From the human T2T-CHM13v2.0 reference genome, Homo sapiens: a DNA stretch of 64,000 nt. The stretch lies in assembly GCF_009914755.1 (NCBI RefSeq), contig NC_060939.1; one strand, 5' to 3'. Below are positions 1 to 14,000 of this stretch, in pieces (position 1 is the stretch's first letter; each line of letters starts with the position of its first letter). Under the pieces are notes generated by a model. That model had not been told where the DNA came from and ran no database searches. It saw nothing but the letters and a program-made list of their open reading frames with translations. The position numbers were made by a program, and so were the translations under genes.

Positions 1-657
1 TGGATTCCATGCTATATCTATAAATTCAATTCGAGACCATTGCTTTTGAGTCCATTCTATATGATTCCATTCCATTCAAGTCCATTACATTTGGTTCAAT
101 TCCATTCCATTCCATTCCCTTCCATTCCATTCCAGTTGATATCAATCCATTCGATTCCATTCCATTCGAGCACATTCCATTCGAGTCCATTCCATTCGAT
201 GCCATTCCATTTGATTCTATTCCATTAGTCTCCATTCAATTCCATTAATCTCCATTCCATTCCATTCTACTCCAACTGATTCCATTCCATTCTATTCCTT
301 TCCATTCCATTTCATTCCATTCCATTCCATTTCATTCCATTCCATTCCATTCGCTTCCAATCCATTCGCTTCCATTCCATTCGTGTCCATTCCACTCCAG
401 TCCATTCCATTCGTGTCCATTCCATTCCAGTCCATTCCATTTGTGTCCACTGCATTCCATTCCACTCCATTCCATATTATTCCATTACACTCCATTCCAT
501 TCTATTACTTTCATTTCCATTCAATTCCATTCCATTTGATTCCATTCCACTCGGTTTCATTCCATTTGAGTCCACTCCATTCCATTCCATTCCATTCCAT
601 TCAGTTCCATTCCATTCTGTTCCATTCCATTCCGTTCCATTGCATTCCATTCCATTC

Positions 658-2452
658 GGTACCATTCCATATTGTTCCATTCGATTCCATTCGAATCCAT
701 TCCATTCCAGTCCATTCCATTCGATTCCATTCCATTCCTTTCCATTCCATTCCATTCCATTCCATTCCACTTGATTCCACTCCATTCCCTTCCACTGCAT
801 TCCATTCGATTCCATTCCATTGCATTGCATTCCATTCCATTGGACTGCATTCCATTCGATTCCATTCCATTCGAATCAATTACATAGCAATCCATTACAT
901 TCGAGTCTATTCTATTCCGTTCCATTCGATTTCGTTCCAATCCATTCGATTCCATTCCATTCGATTCCATTCCATACTATTGCATTCCATTCGATTATAT
1001 TATATTCGAATAAGTTCCATTCAAGACCATTTCTTTTGAGTCCATACTATTTGAGTCCATTCCCTTTGATTCCATAACATTTGAGTCCATTCAATTCCAT
1101 TCCTTTCGTTTCCATTCCATTTGATGCCATTCCATTCAATTCTGTTCTACTCGACTCCAATACATTCAATTCCATTCCATCCGATTCCATTACATTCTTT
1201 TCATTTCTTATCCATTTCAAGCCATTCCACTCAATTCCATTCCACCCGTTTCCTTTCCATTCGAGTCCATTCCTCTCCAGTCCATTCCGTTCAATCCATT
1301 CCATTCCAGTCCATTCCATTCGAGTCCGTTCCATTCCAGTCCATTCCATTCGAGTCAATTCCATTCCATTCGATGTCTTTCCATAACGATCCATTCCATT
1401 CTATTCCTTTCGATTCCATTCCATTCTATTTCATTCCATTCGATTCCCTTCCATTGGACTCCTTTCCATTCGAGTGCATTCCATTCCGTTCCATTTCTTT
1501 CCGTTCTGTACGATTCCTACCGTTTGATTTCATTTTGTTCCAGTCCATTCCTTACGCGTCCATTCCATTCAATTTCACTCCATTCGATTCCATTCCACTC
1601 GATTCCACTTCGTTCCATTTCATTGCATTCCATTCTATTCAACTCTATTGCCTTCCATTCCATTCCATTCGATTACATTCCATGCGATTCCATTCGAAAT
1701 CGAATCAATTACATTGCAATCCATTACTATTGAGTCCGTTTTATTCCAGTCCACTGCATTCTGGTCCATTCCATTTGATTCCATTCCATTTTATTCCATT
1801 CCATACAGTTGCATTCCATTGGATTCCATGCTATATCTATAAATTAAATTCGAGACCATTGCTTTTGAGTCCATTCTATATGATTCCATTCCATTCAAGT
1901 CCATTACATTTGGTTCAATTCCATTCCATTCCATTCCCTTCCATTCCATTCCATTTGATATCAATCCATTCGATTCCATTCCATTCGAGCACATTCCATT
2001 CGAGTCCATTCCATTCGATGCCATTCCATTTGATTCTATTCCATTAGTCTCCATTCAATTCCATTAATCTCCATTCCATTCCATTCTACTCCAACTGATT
2101 CCATTCCATTTTATTCCTTTCCATTCCATTTCATTCCATTCCATTCCATTTCATTCCATTCCATTCCATTCGTGTCCATTCCACTCCAGTCCATTCCATT
2201 CGTGTCCATTCCATTCCAGTCCATTCCATTTGTGTCCACTGCATTCCATTCCACTCCATTCCATATTATTCCATTACACTCCATTCCATTCTATTACTTT
2301 CATTTCCATTCAATTCCATTCCATTTGATTCCATTCCACTCGGTTTCATTCCATTTGAGTCCACTCAATTCCATTCCATTCCATTCCATTCAGTTCCATT
2401 CCATTCTGTTCCATTCCATTCCGTTCCATTACATTCCATTCCATTCGGTACC
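658..2452 (+). repeat. D15Z1: Example KpnI-to-KpnI unit (1789 bp); consistent with the 1.8-kb KpnI satellite III of chromosome 15p (D15Z1/HSat3A5-like)
   Basis: GGTACC occurs once per unit (658, 2447, 4201, 6005, 7809, 9598, 10559, 12348, 14132, 15951, 16611, 18405...). D15Z1 is known as a 1.8-kb KpnI satellite III repeat. The chromosomal assignment is inferred from period and restriction site only. Confidence 0.65.
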
Positions 2453-5400
2453 ATTCAATATTGTTCCATTCGATTCCATTCGAATCCATTCCATTCCAAT
2501 CCATTCCATTCGATTCCATTCCATTCATTTCAATTCCATTCCATTCCATTCCATTCCATTACATTCCACTTGATTCCTCTCCATTCCCTTCCACTGCATT
2601 CCGTTCGATTCCATTCCATTGCATTGCATTCCATTCCATTGGACTGCATTCCATTCGATTCCATTCCATTCGAATCAATTACATAGCAATCCATTACATT
2701 CGAGTCTATTCTATTCCGTTCCATTCGATTTCGTTCCATTCCATTCGATTCCATTCCATTCGATTCCATTCCATACTATTGCATTCCATTCGATTACATT
2801 ATATTCGAATAAGTTCCATTCAAGACCATTTCTTTTGAGTCCATTCCCTTTGATTCCATAACATTTGAGTCCATTCAATTCCATTCCTTTCGTTTCCATT
2901 CCATTTGATGCCATTCCATTCAATTCTGTTCTACTCGACTCCAATACATTCAATTCCATTCCATCCGATTCCATTACATTCTTTTCATTTCTTATCCATT
3001 TCAAGCCATTCCACTCCATTCCATTCCACTCGTTTCCTTTCCATTCGAGTCCATTCCTCTCCAGTCCATTCCGTTCAATCCATTCCATTCCAGTCCATTC
3101 CATTCGAGTCCGTTCCATTCCAGTCCAATCCATTCGAGTCAATTCCATCCCATTCGATGTCTTTCCATAACGATCCATTCCATTCTATTCCTTTCGATTC
3201 CATTCCATTCTATTTCATTCCATTCGATTCCCTTCCATTGGACTCCTTTCCATTCGAGTGCATTCCATTCCGTTCCATTTCTTTCCGTTCTGTACGATTC
3301 CTACCGTTCGATTTCATTTTGTTCCAGTCCATTCCTTTCGCGTCCATTCCATTCCATTTCACTCCATTCGATTCCATTCCACTCGATTCCACTTCGTTCC
3401 ATTTCATTGCATTCCATTCTATTCAACTCTATTGCCTTCCATTCCATTCCATTCGATTACATTCCATGCGATTCCATTCGAAATCGAATCAATTACATTG
3501 CAATCCATTACTATTGAGTCCATTTTATTCCAGTCCACTGCATTCTGGTCCATTCCATTTGATTCCATTCCATTTTATTCCATTCCATACAGTTGCATTC
3601 CATTGGATTCCATACTATATCTATAAATTCAATTCGAGACCATTGCTTTTGAGTCCATTCTATATGTTTCCATTCCATTCAAGTCCATTACATTTGGTTC
3701 AATTCCATTCCATTCCATTCCCTTCCATTCCATTCCAGTTGATATGAATCCATTCGATTCCATTCCATTCGAGCACATTCCATTCGAGTCCATTCCATTC
3801 GATGCCATTCCATTTGATTCTATTCCATTAGTCTCCATTCAATTCCATTAATCTCCATTCCATTCCATTCTAATCCAACTGATTCCATTCCATTCTATTC
3901 CTTTCCATTCCATTTCATTCCATTCCATTCCATTTCATTCCATTCCATTCCATTCGCTTCCATTCCATTCGTGTCCATTCCACTCCAGTCCATTCCATTT
4001 GTGTCCACTGCATTCCATTCCACTCCATTCCATATTATTCCATTACACTCCATTCCATTCTATTACTTTCATTTCCATTCAATTCCATTCCATTTGATTC
4101 CATTCCACTCGGTTTCATTCCATTTGAGTCCACTCCATTCCATTCCATTCCATTCCATTCAGATCCATTCCATTCCGTTCCATTGCATTCCATTCCATTC
4201 GGTACCATTCCATATTGTTCCATTCGATTCCATTCGAATCCATTCCATTCCAGTCCATTCCATTCGATTCCATTCCATTCCTTTCAATTCCATTCCATTC
4301 CATTCCATTCCACTTGATTCCACTCCATTCCCTTCCACTGCATTCCATTCGATTCCATTCCATTGCATTGCATTCCATTCCATTGGACTGCATTCCATTC
4401 GATTCCATTCCATTCGAATCAATTACATAGCAATCCATTACATTCGAGTCTATTCTATTCCGTTCCATTCGATTTCGTTCCAATCCATTCGATTCCATTC
4501 CATTCGATTCCATTCCATACTATTGCATTCCATTCTATTACATTATATTCGAATAATTTCCATTCAAGACCATTTCTTTTGAGTCCATTCTATTTGAGTC
4601 CATTCCCTTTGATTCCATAACATTTGAGTCCATTCAATTCCATTCCGTTCGTTTCCATTCCATTTGATGCCATTCCATTCAATTCTGTTCTACTCGACTC
4701 CAATACATTCAATTCCATTCCATCCGATTCCATTACATTCTTTTCATTTCTTATCCATTTCAAGCCATTCCACTCCATTCCATTCCACTCGTTTCCTTTC
4801 CATTCGAGTCCATTCCTCTCCAGTCCATTCCGTTCAATCCATTCCATTCCAGTCCATTCCATTCGAGTCCGTTCCATTCCAGTCCATTCCATTCGAGTCA
4901 ATTCCATTCCATTCGATGTCTTTCCATAACGATCCATTCCATTCTATTCCTTTCGATTCCATTCCATTCTATTTCATTCCATTCGATTCCCTTCCATTGG
5001 ACTCCTTTCCATTCGAGTGCATTCCATTCCGTTCCATTTCTTTCCGTTCTGTACGATTCCTACCGTTCGATTTCATTTTGTTCCAGTCCATTCCTTTCGC
5101 GTCCATTCCATTCCATTTCACTCCATTCGATTCCATTCCACTCGATTCCACTTCGTTCCATTTCATTGCATTCCATTCTATTCAACTCTATTGCCTTCCA
5201 TTCCATTCCATTCGATTACATTCCATGCGATTCCATTCGAAATCGAATCAATTACATTGCAATCCATTACTATTGAGTCCGTTTTATTCCAGTCCACTGC
5301 ATTCTGGTCCATTCCATTTGATTCCATTCCATTCTATTCCATTCCATACAGTTGCATTCCATTGGATTCCATGCTATATCTATAAATTCAATTCGAGACC

Positions 5401-8400
5401 ATTGCTTTTGAGTCCATTCTATATGATTCCATTCCATTCAAGTCCATTACATTTGGTTCAATTCCATTCCATTCCATTCCCTTCCATTCCATTCCAGTTG
5501 ATATCAATCCATTCGATTCAATTCCATTCGAGCACATTCCATTCGAGTCCATTCCATTCGATGCCATTCCATTTGATTCTATTCCATTAGTCTCCATTCA
5601 ATTCCATTAATCTCCATTCCATTCCATTCTACTCCAACTGATTCCATTCCATTCTATTCCTTTCCATTTCATTTCATTCCATTCCATTCCATTTCATTCC
5701 ATTCCATTCCATTCGCTTCCATTCCATTCGTGTGCATTCCACTCCAGTCCATTCCATTCGTGTCCATTCCATTCCAGTCCATTCCATTTGTGTCCACTGC
5801 ATTCCATTCCACTCCATTCCATATTATTCCATTACACTCCATTCCATTCTATTACTTTCATTTCCATTCAATTCCATTCCATTTGATTCCATTCCACTCG
5901 GTTTCATTCCATTTGAGTCCACTCCATTCCATTCCATTCCATTCCATTCAGTTCCATTCCATTCTGTTCCATTCCATTCCATTCCATTGCATTCCATTCC
6001 ATTCGGTACCATTCCATATTGTTCCATTCGATTCCATTCGAATCCATTCCATTCCAGTCCATTCCATTCGATTCCATTCCATTCCTTTCCATTCCATTCC
6101 ATTCCATTCCATTCCACTTGATTCCACTCCATTCCCTTCCACTGCATTCCATTCGATTCCATTCCATTGCATTGCATTCCATTCCATTGGACTGCATTCC
6201 ATTCGATTCCATTCCATTCGAATCAATTACATAGCAATCCATTACATTCGAGTCTATTCTATTCCGTTCCATTCGATTTCGTTCCAATCCATTCGATTCC
6301 ATTCCATTCGATTCCATTCCATACTATTGCATTCCATTCTATTACATTATATTCGAATAAGTTCCATTCAAGACCATTTCTTTTGAGTCCATTCTATTTG
6401 AGTCCATTCCCTTTGATTCCATAACATTTGAGTCCATTCAATTCCATTCCTTTCGTTTGCATTCCATTTGATGCCATTCCATTCAATTCTGTTCTACTCG
6501 ACTCCAATACATTCAATTCCATTCCATCCGATTCCATTACATTCTTTTCATTTCTTATCCATTTCAAGCCATTCCACTCCATTCCATTCCACTCGTTTCC
6601 TTTCCATTCGAGTCCATTCCTCTCCAGTCCATTCCGTTCAATCCATTCCATTCCAGTCCATTCCATTCGAGTCCGTTCCATTCCAGTCCATTCCATTCGA
6701 GTCAATTCCATTCCATTCGATGTCTTTCCATAACGATCCATTCCATTCTATTCCTTTCGATTGCATTCCATTCTATTTCATTCCATTCGATTCCCTTCCA
6801 TTGGACTCCTTTCCATTCGAGTGCATTCCATTCCGTTCCATTTCTTTCCGTTCTGTACGATTCCTACCGTTCGATTTCATTTTGTTCCAGTCCATTCCTT
6901 TCGCGTCCATTCCATTCCATTTCACTCCATTCGATTCCATTCCACTCGATTCCACTTCGTTCCATTTCATTGCATTCCATTCTATTCAACTCTATTGCCT
7001 TCCATTCCATTCCATTCGATTACATTCCATGCGATTCCATTCGAAATCGAATCAATTACGTTGCAATCCATTACTATTGAGTCCATTTTATTCCAGTCCA
7101 CTGCATTCTGGTCCATTCCATTTGATTCCATTCCATTCTATTCCATTCCATACAGTTGAATTTCATTGGATTCCATTCTATATCTATAAATTCAATTCGA
7201 GACCATTGCTTTTGAATCCATTCCATATGATTCCATTCCATTCAAGTCCATTACATTTGATTCAATTCCATTCCATTCCATTCCCTTCCATTCCATTCCA
7301 GTTGATATCAATCCATTCGATTCCATTCCATTCGAGCACATTCCATTTGAGTCCATTCCATTCGATGCCATTCCATTTGATTCTATTCCATTAGTCTCCA
7401 TTCAATTCCATTAATCTCCATTCCATTCCATTCTACTCCAACTGATTCCATTCCATTCTATTCCTTTCCATTCCATTTCATTCCATTCCATTCCATTTCA
7501 TTCCATTCCATTCCATTCGCTTCCATTCCATTCGTGTCCATTCCACTCCAGTCCATTCCATTCGTGTCCATTCCATTCCAGTCCATTCCATTTGTGTCCA
7601 CTGCGTTCCATTCCACTCCATTCCATATTATTCCATTACACTCCATTCCATTCTATTACTTTCATTTCCATTCAATTCCATTCCATTTGATTCCATTCCA
7701 CTCGGTTTCATTCCATTTGAGTCCACTCCATTCCATTCCATTCCATTCCATTCAGTTCCATTCCATTCCATTCCATTCCATTCCGTTCCATTGCATTCCA
7801 TTCCATTCGGTACCATTCCATATTGTTCCATTCGATTCCATTCGAATCCATTCCATTCCAGTCCATTCCATTCGATTCCATTCCATTCCTTTCAATTCCA
7901 TTCCATTCCATTCCATTCCACTTGATTCCACTCCATTCCCTTCCACTGCATTCCATTCGATTCCATTCCATTGCATTGCATTCCATTCCATTGGACTGCA
8001 TTCCATTCGATTCCATTCCATTCGAATCAATTACATAGCAATCCATTACATTCGAGTCTATTCTATTCCGTTCCATTCGATTTCGTTCCAATCCATTCGA
8101 TTCCATTCCATTCGATTCCATTCCATACTATTGCGTTCCATTCGATTACATTATATTCGAATAAGTTCCATTCAAGACCATTTCTTTTGAGTCCATTCTA
8201 TTTGAGTCCATTCCGTTTGATTCCATAACATTTGAGTCCATTCAATTCCATTCCTTTCGTTTCCATTCCATTTGATGCCATTCCATTCAATTCTGTTTTA
8301 CTCGACTCCAATACATTCAATTCCATTCCATCCGATTCCATTACATTCTTTTCATTTCTTATCCATTTCAAGCCATTCCACTCCATTCCATTCCACTCGT

Positions 8401-9597
8401 TTCCTTTCCATTCGAGTCCATTCCTCTCCAGTCCATTCCGTTCAATCCATTCCATTCCAGTCCATTCCATTCGAGTCCGTTCCATTCCAGTCCATTCCAT
8501 TCGAGTCAATTCCATTCCATTCGATGTCTTTCCATAACGATCCATTCCATTCTATTCCTTTCGATTCCATTCCATTCTATTTCATTCCATTCGATTCCCT
8601 TCCATTGGACTCCTTTCCATTCGAGTGCATTCCATTCCTTTCCATTTCTTTCCATTCTGTACGATTCCTACCGTTCGATTTCATTTTGTTCCAGTCCATT
8701 CATTTCGCGTCCATTCCATTCCATTTCACTCCATTCGATTCCATTCCACTCGATTCCACTTCGTTCCATTTCATTGCATTCCATTCTATTCAACTCTATT
8801 GCCTTCCATTCCATTCCATTCGATTACATTCCATGCGATTCCATTCGAAATCGAATCAATTACATTGCAATCCATTACTATTGAGTCCGTTTTATTCCAG
8901 TCCACTGCATTCTGGTCCATTCCATTTGATTCCATTCCATTCTATTCCATTCCATACAGTTGCATTCCATTGGATTCCATGCTATATCTATAAATTCAAT
9001 TCGAGACCATTGCTTTTGAGTCCATTCTATATGATTCCATTCCATTCAAGTCCATTACATTTGGTTCAATTCCATTCCATTCCCTTCCCTTCCATTCCAT
9101 TCCATTTGATATCAATCCATTCGATTCCATTCCATTCGAGCACATTCCATTCGAGTCCATTCCATTCGATGCCATTCCATTTGATTCTATTCCATTAGTC
9201 TCCATTCAATTCCATTAATCTCCATTCCATTCCATTCTACTCCAACTGATTCCATTCCATTCTATTCCTTTCCATTCCATTTCATTCCATTCCATTCCAT
9301 TTCATTCCATTCCATTCCATTCGTGTCCATTCCACTCCAGTCCATTCCACTCGTGTCCATTCCATTCCAGTCCATTCCATTTGTGTCCACTGCATTCCAT
9401 TCCACTCCATTCCATATTATTCCATTATACTCCATTCCATTCTATTACTTTCATTTCCATTCAATTCCATTCCATTTGATTCCATTCCACTCGGTTTCAT
9501 TCCATTTGAGTCCACTCAATTCCATTCCATTCCATTCCATTCAGTTCCATTCCATTCTGTTCCATTCCATTCCGTTCCATTACATTCCATTCCATTC

Positions 9598-10558
9598 GGT
9601 ACCATTCCATATTGTTCCATTCGATTCCATTCGAATCCATTCCATTCCAGTCCATTCCATTCGATTTCACTCCATTCGATTCCATTCCACTCGATTCCAC
9701 TTCGTTCCATTTCATTGCATTCCATTCTATTCAACTCTATTGCCTTCCATTCCATTCCATTCGATTACATTCCATGCGATTCCATTCGAAATCGAATCAA
9801 TTACATTGCAATCCATTACTATTGAGTCCATTTTATTCCAGTCCACTGCATTCTGGTCCATTCCATTTGATTCCATTCCATTCTATTCCATTCCATACAG
9901 TTGCATTCCATTGGATTCCATGCTATATCTATAAATTCAATTCGAGACCATTGCTTTTGAGTCCATTCTATATGATTCCATTCCATTCAAGTCCATTACA
10001 TTTCGTTCAATTCCATTCCATTCCATTCCCTTCCATTCCATTCCAGTTGATATCAATCCATTCGATTCCATTCCATTCGAGCACATTCCATTCGAGTCCA
10101 TTCCATTCGATGCCATTCCATTTGATTCTATTCCTTTAGTCTCCATTCAATTCCATTAATCTCCATTCCATTCCATTCTACTCCAGCTGATTCCATTCCA
10201 TTCTATTCCTTTCCATTCCATTTCATTCCATTCCATTCCATTTCATTCCATTCCATTCCATTCGCTTCCATTCCATTCGTGTCCATTCCACTCCAGTCCA
10301 TTCCATTCGTGTCCATTCCATTCCAGTCCATTCCATTTGTGTCCACTGCATTCCATTCCACTCCATTCCATATTATTCCATTACACTCCATTCCATTCTA
10401 TTACTTTCATTTCCATTCAATTCCATTCCATTTGATTCCATTCCACTCGGTTTCATTCCATTTGAGTCCACTCAATTCCATTCCATTCCATTCCATTCCA
10501 TTCAGTTCCATTCCATTCTGTTCCATTCCATTCCGTTCCATTGCATTCCATTCCATTC
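9598..10558 (+). repeat. Truncated unit (961-bp KpnI fragment) caused by an ~848-bp deletion with junction at ~9662-9666
   Basis: The sequence ...ccagtccattccattcgat|ttcactccattcgattccattccactcgattccacttcg... joins sequence equivalent to 7873 directly to sequence equivalent to 8721 of the preceding unit. Anchor spacing 8232 to 10982 is 2750 = 2x1799 - 848. Confidence 0.92.
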
Positions 10559-10939
10559 GGTACCATTCCATATTTTTCCATTCGATTCCATTCGAATCCA
10601 TTCCATTCCAGTCCATTCCATTCGATTCCATTCCATTCATTTCAATTCCATTCCATTCCATTCCATTCCACTTGATTCCACTCCATTCCCTTCCACTGCA
10701 TTCCATTCGATTCCATTCCATTGCATTGCATTCCATTCCATTGGACTGCATTCCATTCGATTCCATTCCATTCGAATCAATTACATAGCAATCCATTACA
10801 TTCGAGTCTATTCTATTCCGTTCCATTCGATTTCATTCCAATCCATTCGATTCCATTCCATTCGATTCCATTCCATACTATTGCATTCCATTCTATTACA
10901 TTATATTCGAATAAGTTCAATTCAAGACCATTTCTTTTG

Positions 10940-13900
10940 AGTCCATTCTATTTGAGTCCATTCCCTTTGATTCCATAACATTTGAGTCCATTCAATTCCA
11001 TTCCTTTCGTTTCCATTCCATTTGATGCCATTCCATTCAATTCTGTTCTACTCGACTCCAATACATTCAATTCCATTCCATCCGATTCCATTACATTCTT
11101 TTCATTTCTTATCCATTTCAAGCCATTCCACTCAATTCCATTCCACCCGTTTCCTTTCCATTCGAGTCCATTCCTCTCCAGTCCATTCCGTTCAATCCAT
11201 TCCATTCCAGTCCATTCCATTCGAGTCCGTTCCATTCCAGTCCATTCCATTCGAGTCAATTCCATTCCATTCGATGTCTTTCCATAACGATCCATTCCAT
11301 TCTATTCCTTTCGATTCCATTCCATTCTATTTCATTCCATTCGATTCCCTTCCATTGGACTCCTTTCCATTCGAGTGCATTCCATTCCGTTCCATTTCTT
11401 TCCGTTCTGTACGATTCCTACCGTTTGATTTCATTTTGTTCCAGTCCATTCCTTTCGCGTCCATTCCATTCCATTTCACTCCATTCGATTCCATTCCACT
11501 CGATTCCACTTCGTTCCATTTCATTGCATTCCATTCTATTCAACTCTATTGCCTTCCATTCCATTCCATTCGATTACATTCCATGCGATTCCATTCGAAA
11601 TCGAATCAATTACATTGCAATCCATTACTATTGAGTCCGTTTTATTCCAGTCCACTGCATTCTGGTCCATTCCATTTGATTCCATTCCATTTTATTCCAT
11701 TCCATACAGTTGCATTCCATTGGATTCCATGCTATATCTATAAATTAAATTCGGGACCATTGCTTTTGAGTCCATTCTATATGATTCCATTCCATTCAAG
11801 TCCATTACATTTGGTTCCATTCCATTCCATTCCATTCCCTTCCATTCCATTCCATTTGATATCAATCCATTCGATTCCATTCCATTCGAGCACATTCCAT
11901 TCGAGTCCATTCCATTCGATGCCATTCCATTTGATTCTATTCCATTAGTCTCCATTCAATTCCATTAATCTCCATTCCATTTTATTCTACTCCAACTGAT
12001 TCCATTCCATTCTATTCCTTTCCATTCCATTTCATTCCATTCCATTCCATTTCATTCCATTCCATTCCATTCGTGTCCATTCCACTCCAGTCCATTCCAT
12101 TCGTGTCCATTCCATTCCAGTCCATTCCATTTGTGTCCACTGCATTCCATTCCACTCCATTCCATATTATTCCATTACACTCCATTCCATTCTATTACTT
12201 TCATTTCCATTCAATTCCATTCCATTTGATTCCATTCCACTCGGTTTCATTCCATTTGAGTCCACTCAATTCCATTCCATTCCATTCCATTCAGTTCCAT
12301 TCCATTCTGTTCCATTCCATTCCGTTCCATTACATTCCATTCCATTCGGTACCATTCCATATTGTTCCATTCGATTCCATTCGAATCCATTCCATTCCAG
12401 TCCATTCCATTCGATTCCATTCCATTCATTTCAATTCCATTCCATTCCATTCCATTCCATTACATTCCACTTGATTCCTCTCCATTCCCTTCCACTGCAT
12501 TCCGTTCGATTCCATTCCATTGCATTGCATTCCATTCCATTGGATTGCATTCCATTCGATTCCATTCCATTTGAATCAATTACATAGCAATCCATTACAT
12601 TCGAGTCTATTCTATTCCGTTCCATTCGATTTCGTTCCATTCCATTCGATTCCATTCCATTCGATTCCATTCCATACTATTGCATTCCATTCGATTACAT
12701 TATATTCGAATAAGTTCCATTCAAGACCATTTCTTTTGAGTCCATTCTATTTGAGTCCATTCCCTTTGATTCCATAACATTTGAGTCCATTCAATTCCAT
12801 TCCTTTCGTTTGCATTCCATTTGATGCCATTCCATTCAATTCTGTTCTACTCGACTCCAATACATTCAATTCCATTCCATCCGATTCCATTACATTCTTT
12901 TCATTTCTTATCCATTTCAAGCCATTCCACTCCATTCCATTCCACTCGTTTCCTTTCCATTCGAGTCCATTCCTCTCCAGTCCATTCCGTTCAATCCATT
13001 CCATTCCAGTCCATTCCATTCGAGTCCGTTCCATTCCAGTCCAATCCATTCGAGTCAATTCCATCCCATTTGATGTCTTTCCATAACGATCCATTCCATT
13101 CTATTCCTTTTGATTCCATTTCATTCTATTTCATTCCATTCGATTCCCTTCCATTGGACTCCTTTCCATTCGAGTGCATTCCATTCCGTTCCATTTCTTT
13201 CCGTTCTGTACGATTCCTACCGTTCGATTTCATTTTGTTCCAGTCCATTCCTTTCGCGTCCATTCCATTCCTTTTCACTCCATTCGATTCCATTCCACTC
13301 GATTCCACTTCGTTCCATTTCATTGCATTCCATTCTATTCAACTCTATTGCCTTCCATTCCATTCCATTCGATTACATTCCATGCGATTCCATTCGAAAT
13401 CGAATCAATTACATTGCAATCCATTACTATTGAGTCCATTTTATTCCAGTCCACTGCATTCTGGTCCATTCCATTTGATTCCATTCCATTTTATTCCATT
13501 CCATACAGTTGCATTCCATTGGATTCCATGCTATATCTATAAATTCAATTCGAGACCATTGCTTTTGAGTCCATTCTATATGTTTCCATTCCATTCAAGT
13601 CCATTACATTTGGTTCAATTCCATTCCATTCCATTCCCTTCCATTCCATTCCAGTTGATATGAATCCATTCGATTCCATTCCATTCGAGCACATTCCATT
13701 CGAGTCCATTCCATTCGATGCCATTCCATTTGATTCTATTCCATTAGTCTCCATTCAATTCCATTAATCTCCATTCCATTCCATTCTACTCCAACTGATT
13801 CCATTCCATTCTATTCCTTTCCATTCCATTTCATTCCATTCCATTCCATTTCATTCCATTCCATTCCATTCGCTTCCATTCCATTCGTGTCCATTCCACT

Positions 13901-14000
13901 CCAGTCCATTCCATTTGTGTCCACTGCATTCCATTCCACTCCATTCCATATTATTCCATTACACTCCATTCCATTCTATTACTTTCATTTCCATTCAATT
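10940..14000 (+). repeat. Non-adjacent copy of the two-unit block at ~1040-4080 (offset 9901-9916 bp)
   Basis: Private variants are shared: tcaattccattccacccgtt (~1231/~11132), ccgtttgatt (~1520/~11421), ataaattaaatt (~1839/~11740), ccagtccaatcc (~3120/~13036), gatatgaatc (3741/13657), and the same 30-bp deletion (~3990/~13905). Confidence 0.88.

Noticed and set aside
1001-1020. Heat-shock element in attcgaataagttcc (HSF1 binds satellite III)
   Set aside because: The TTC/GAA spacing is 0 and 4 bp, not the 2 bp of a canonical nTTCnnGAAnnTTCn element.
1697-1707. DUX4-like site AAATCGAATCA
   Set aside because: It has two mismatches to TAAYYYAATCA and cannot be supported from sequence alone.
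1121-2047. Recurring 308-aa ORF (MMPFHSILF...), open in 31 units (two as 298 aa), and the other HSIPF-rich + strand ORFs
   Set aside because: (CATTC)n translates to stop-free HSIPF repeats in every frame, and several overlapping frames are open at once. There is no domain content. Conservation is explained by array homogenisation, and copies at 2905, 12821 and 61884 are truncated.
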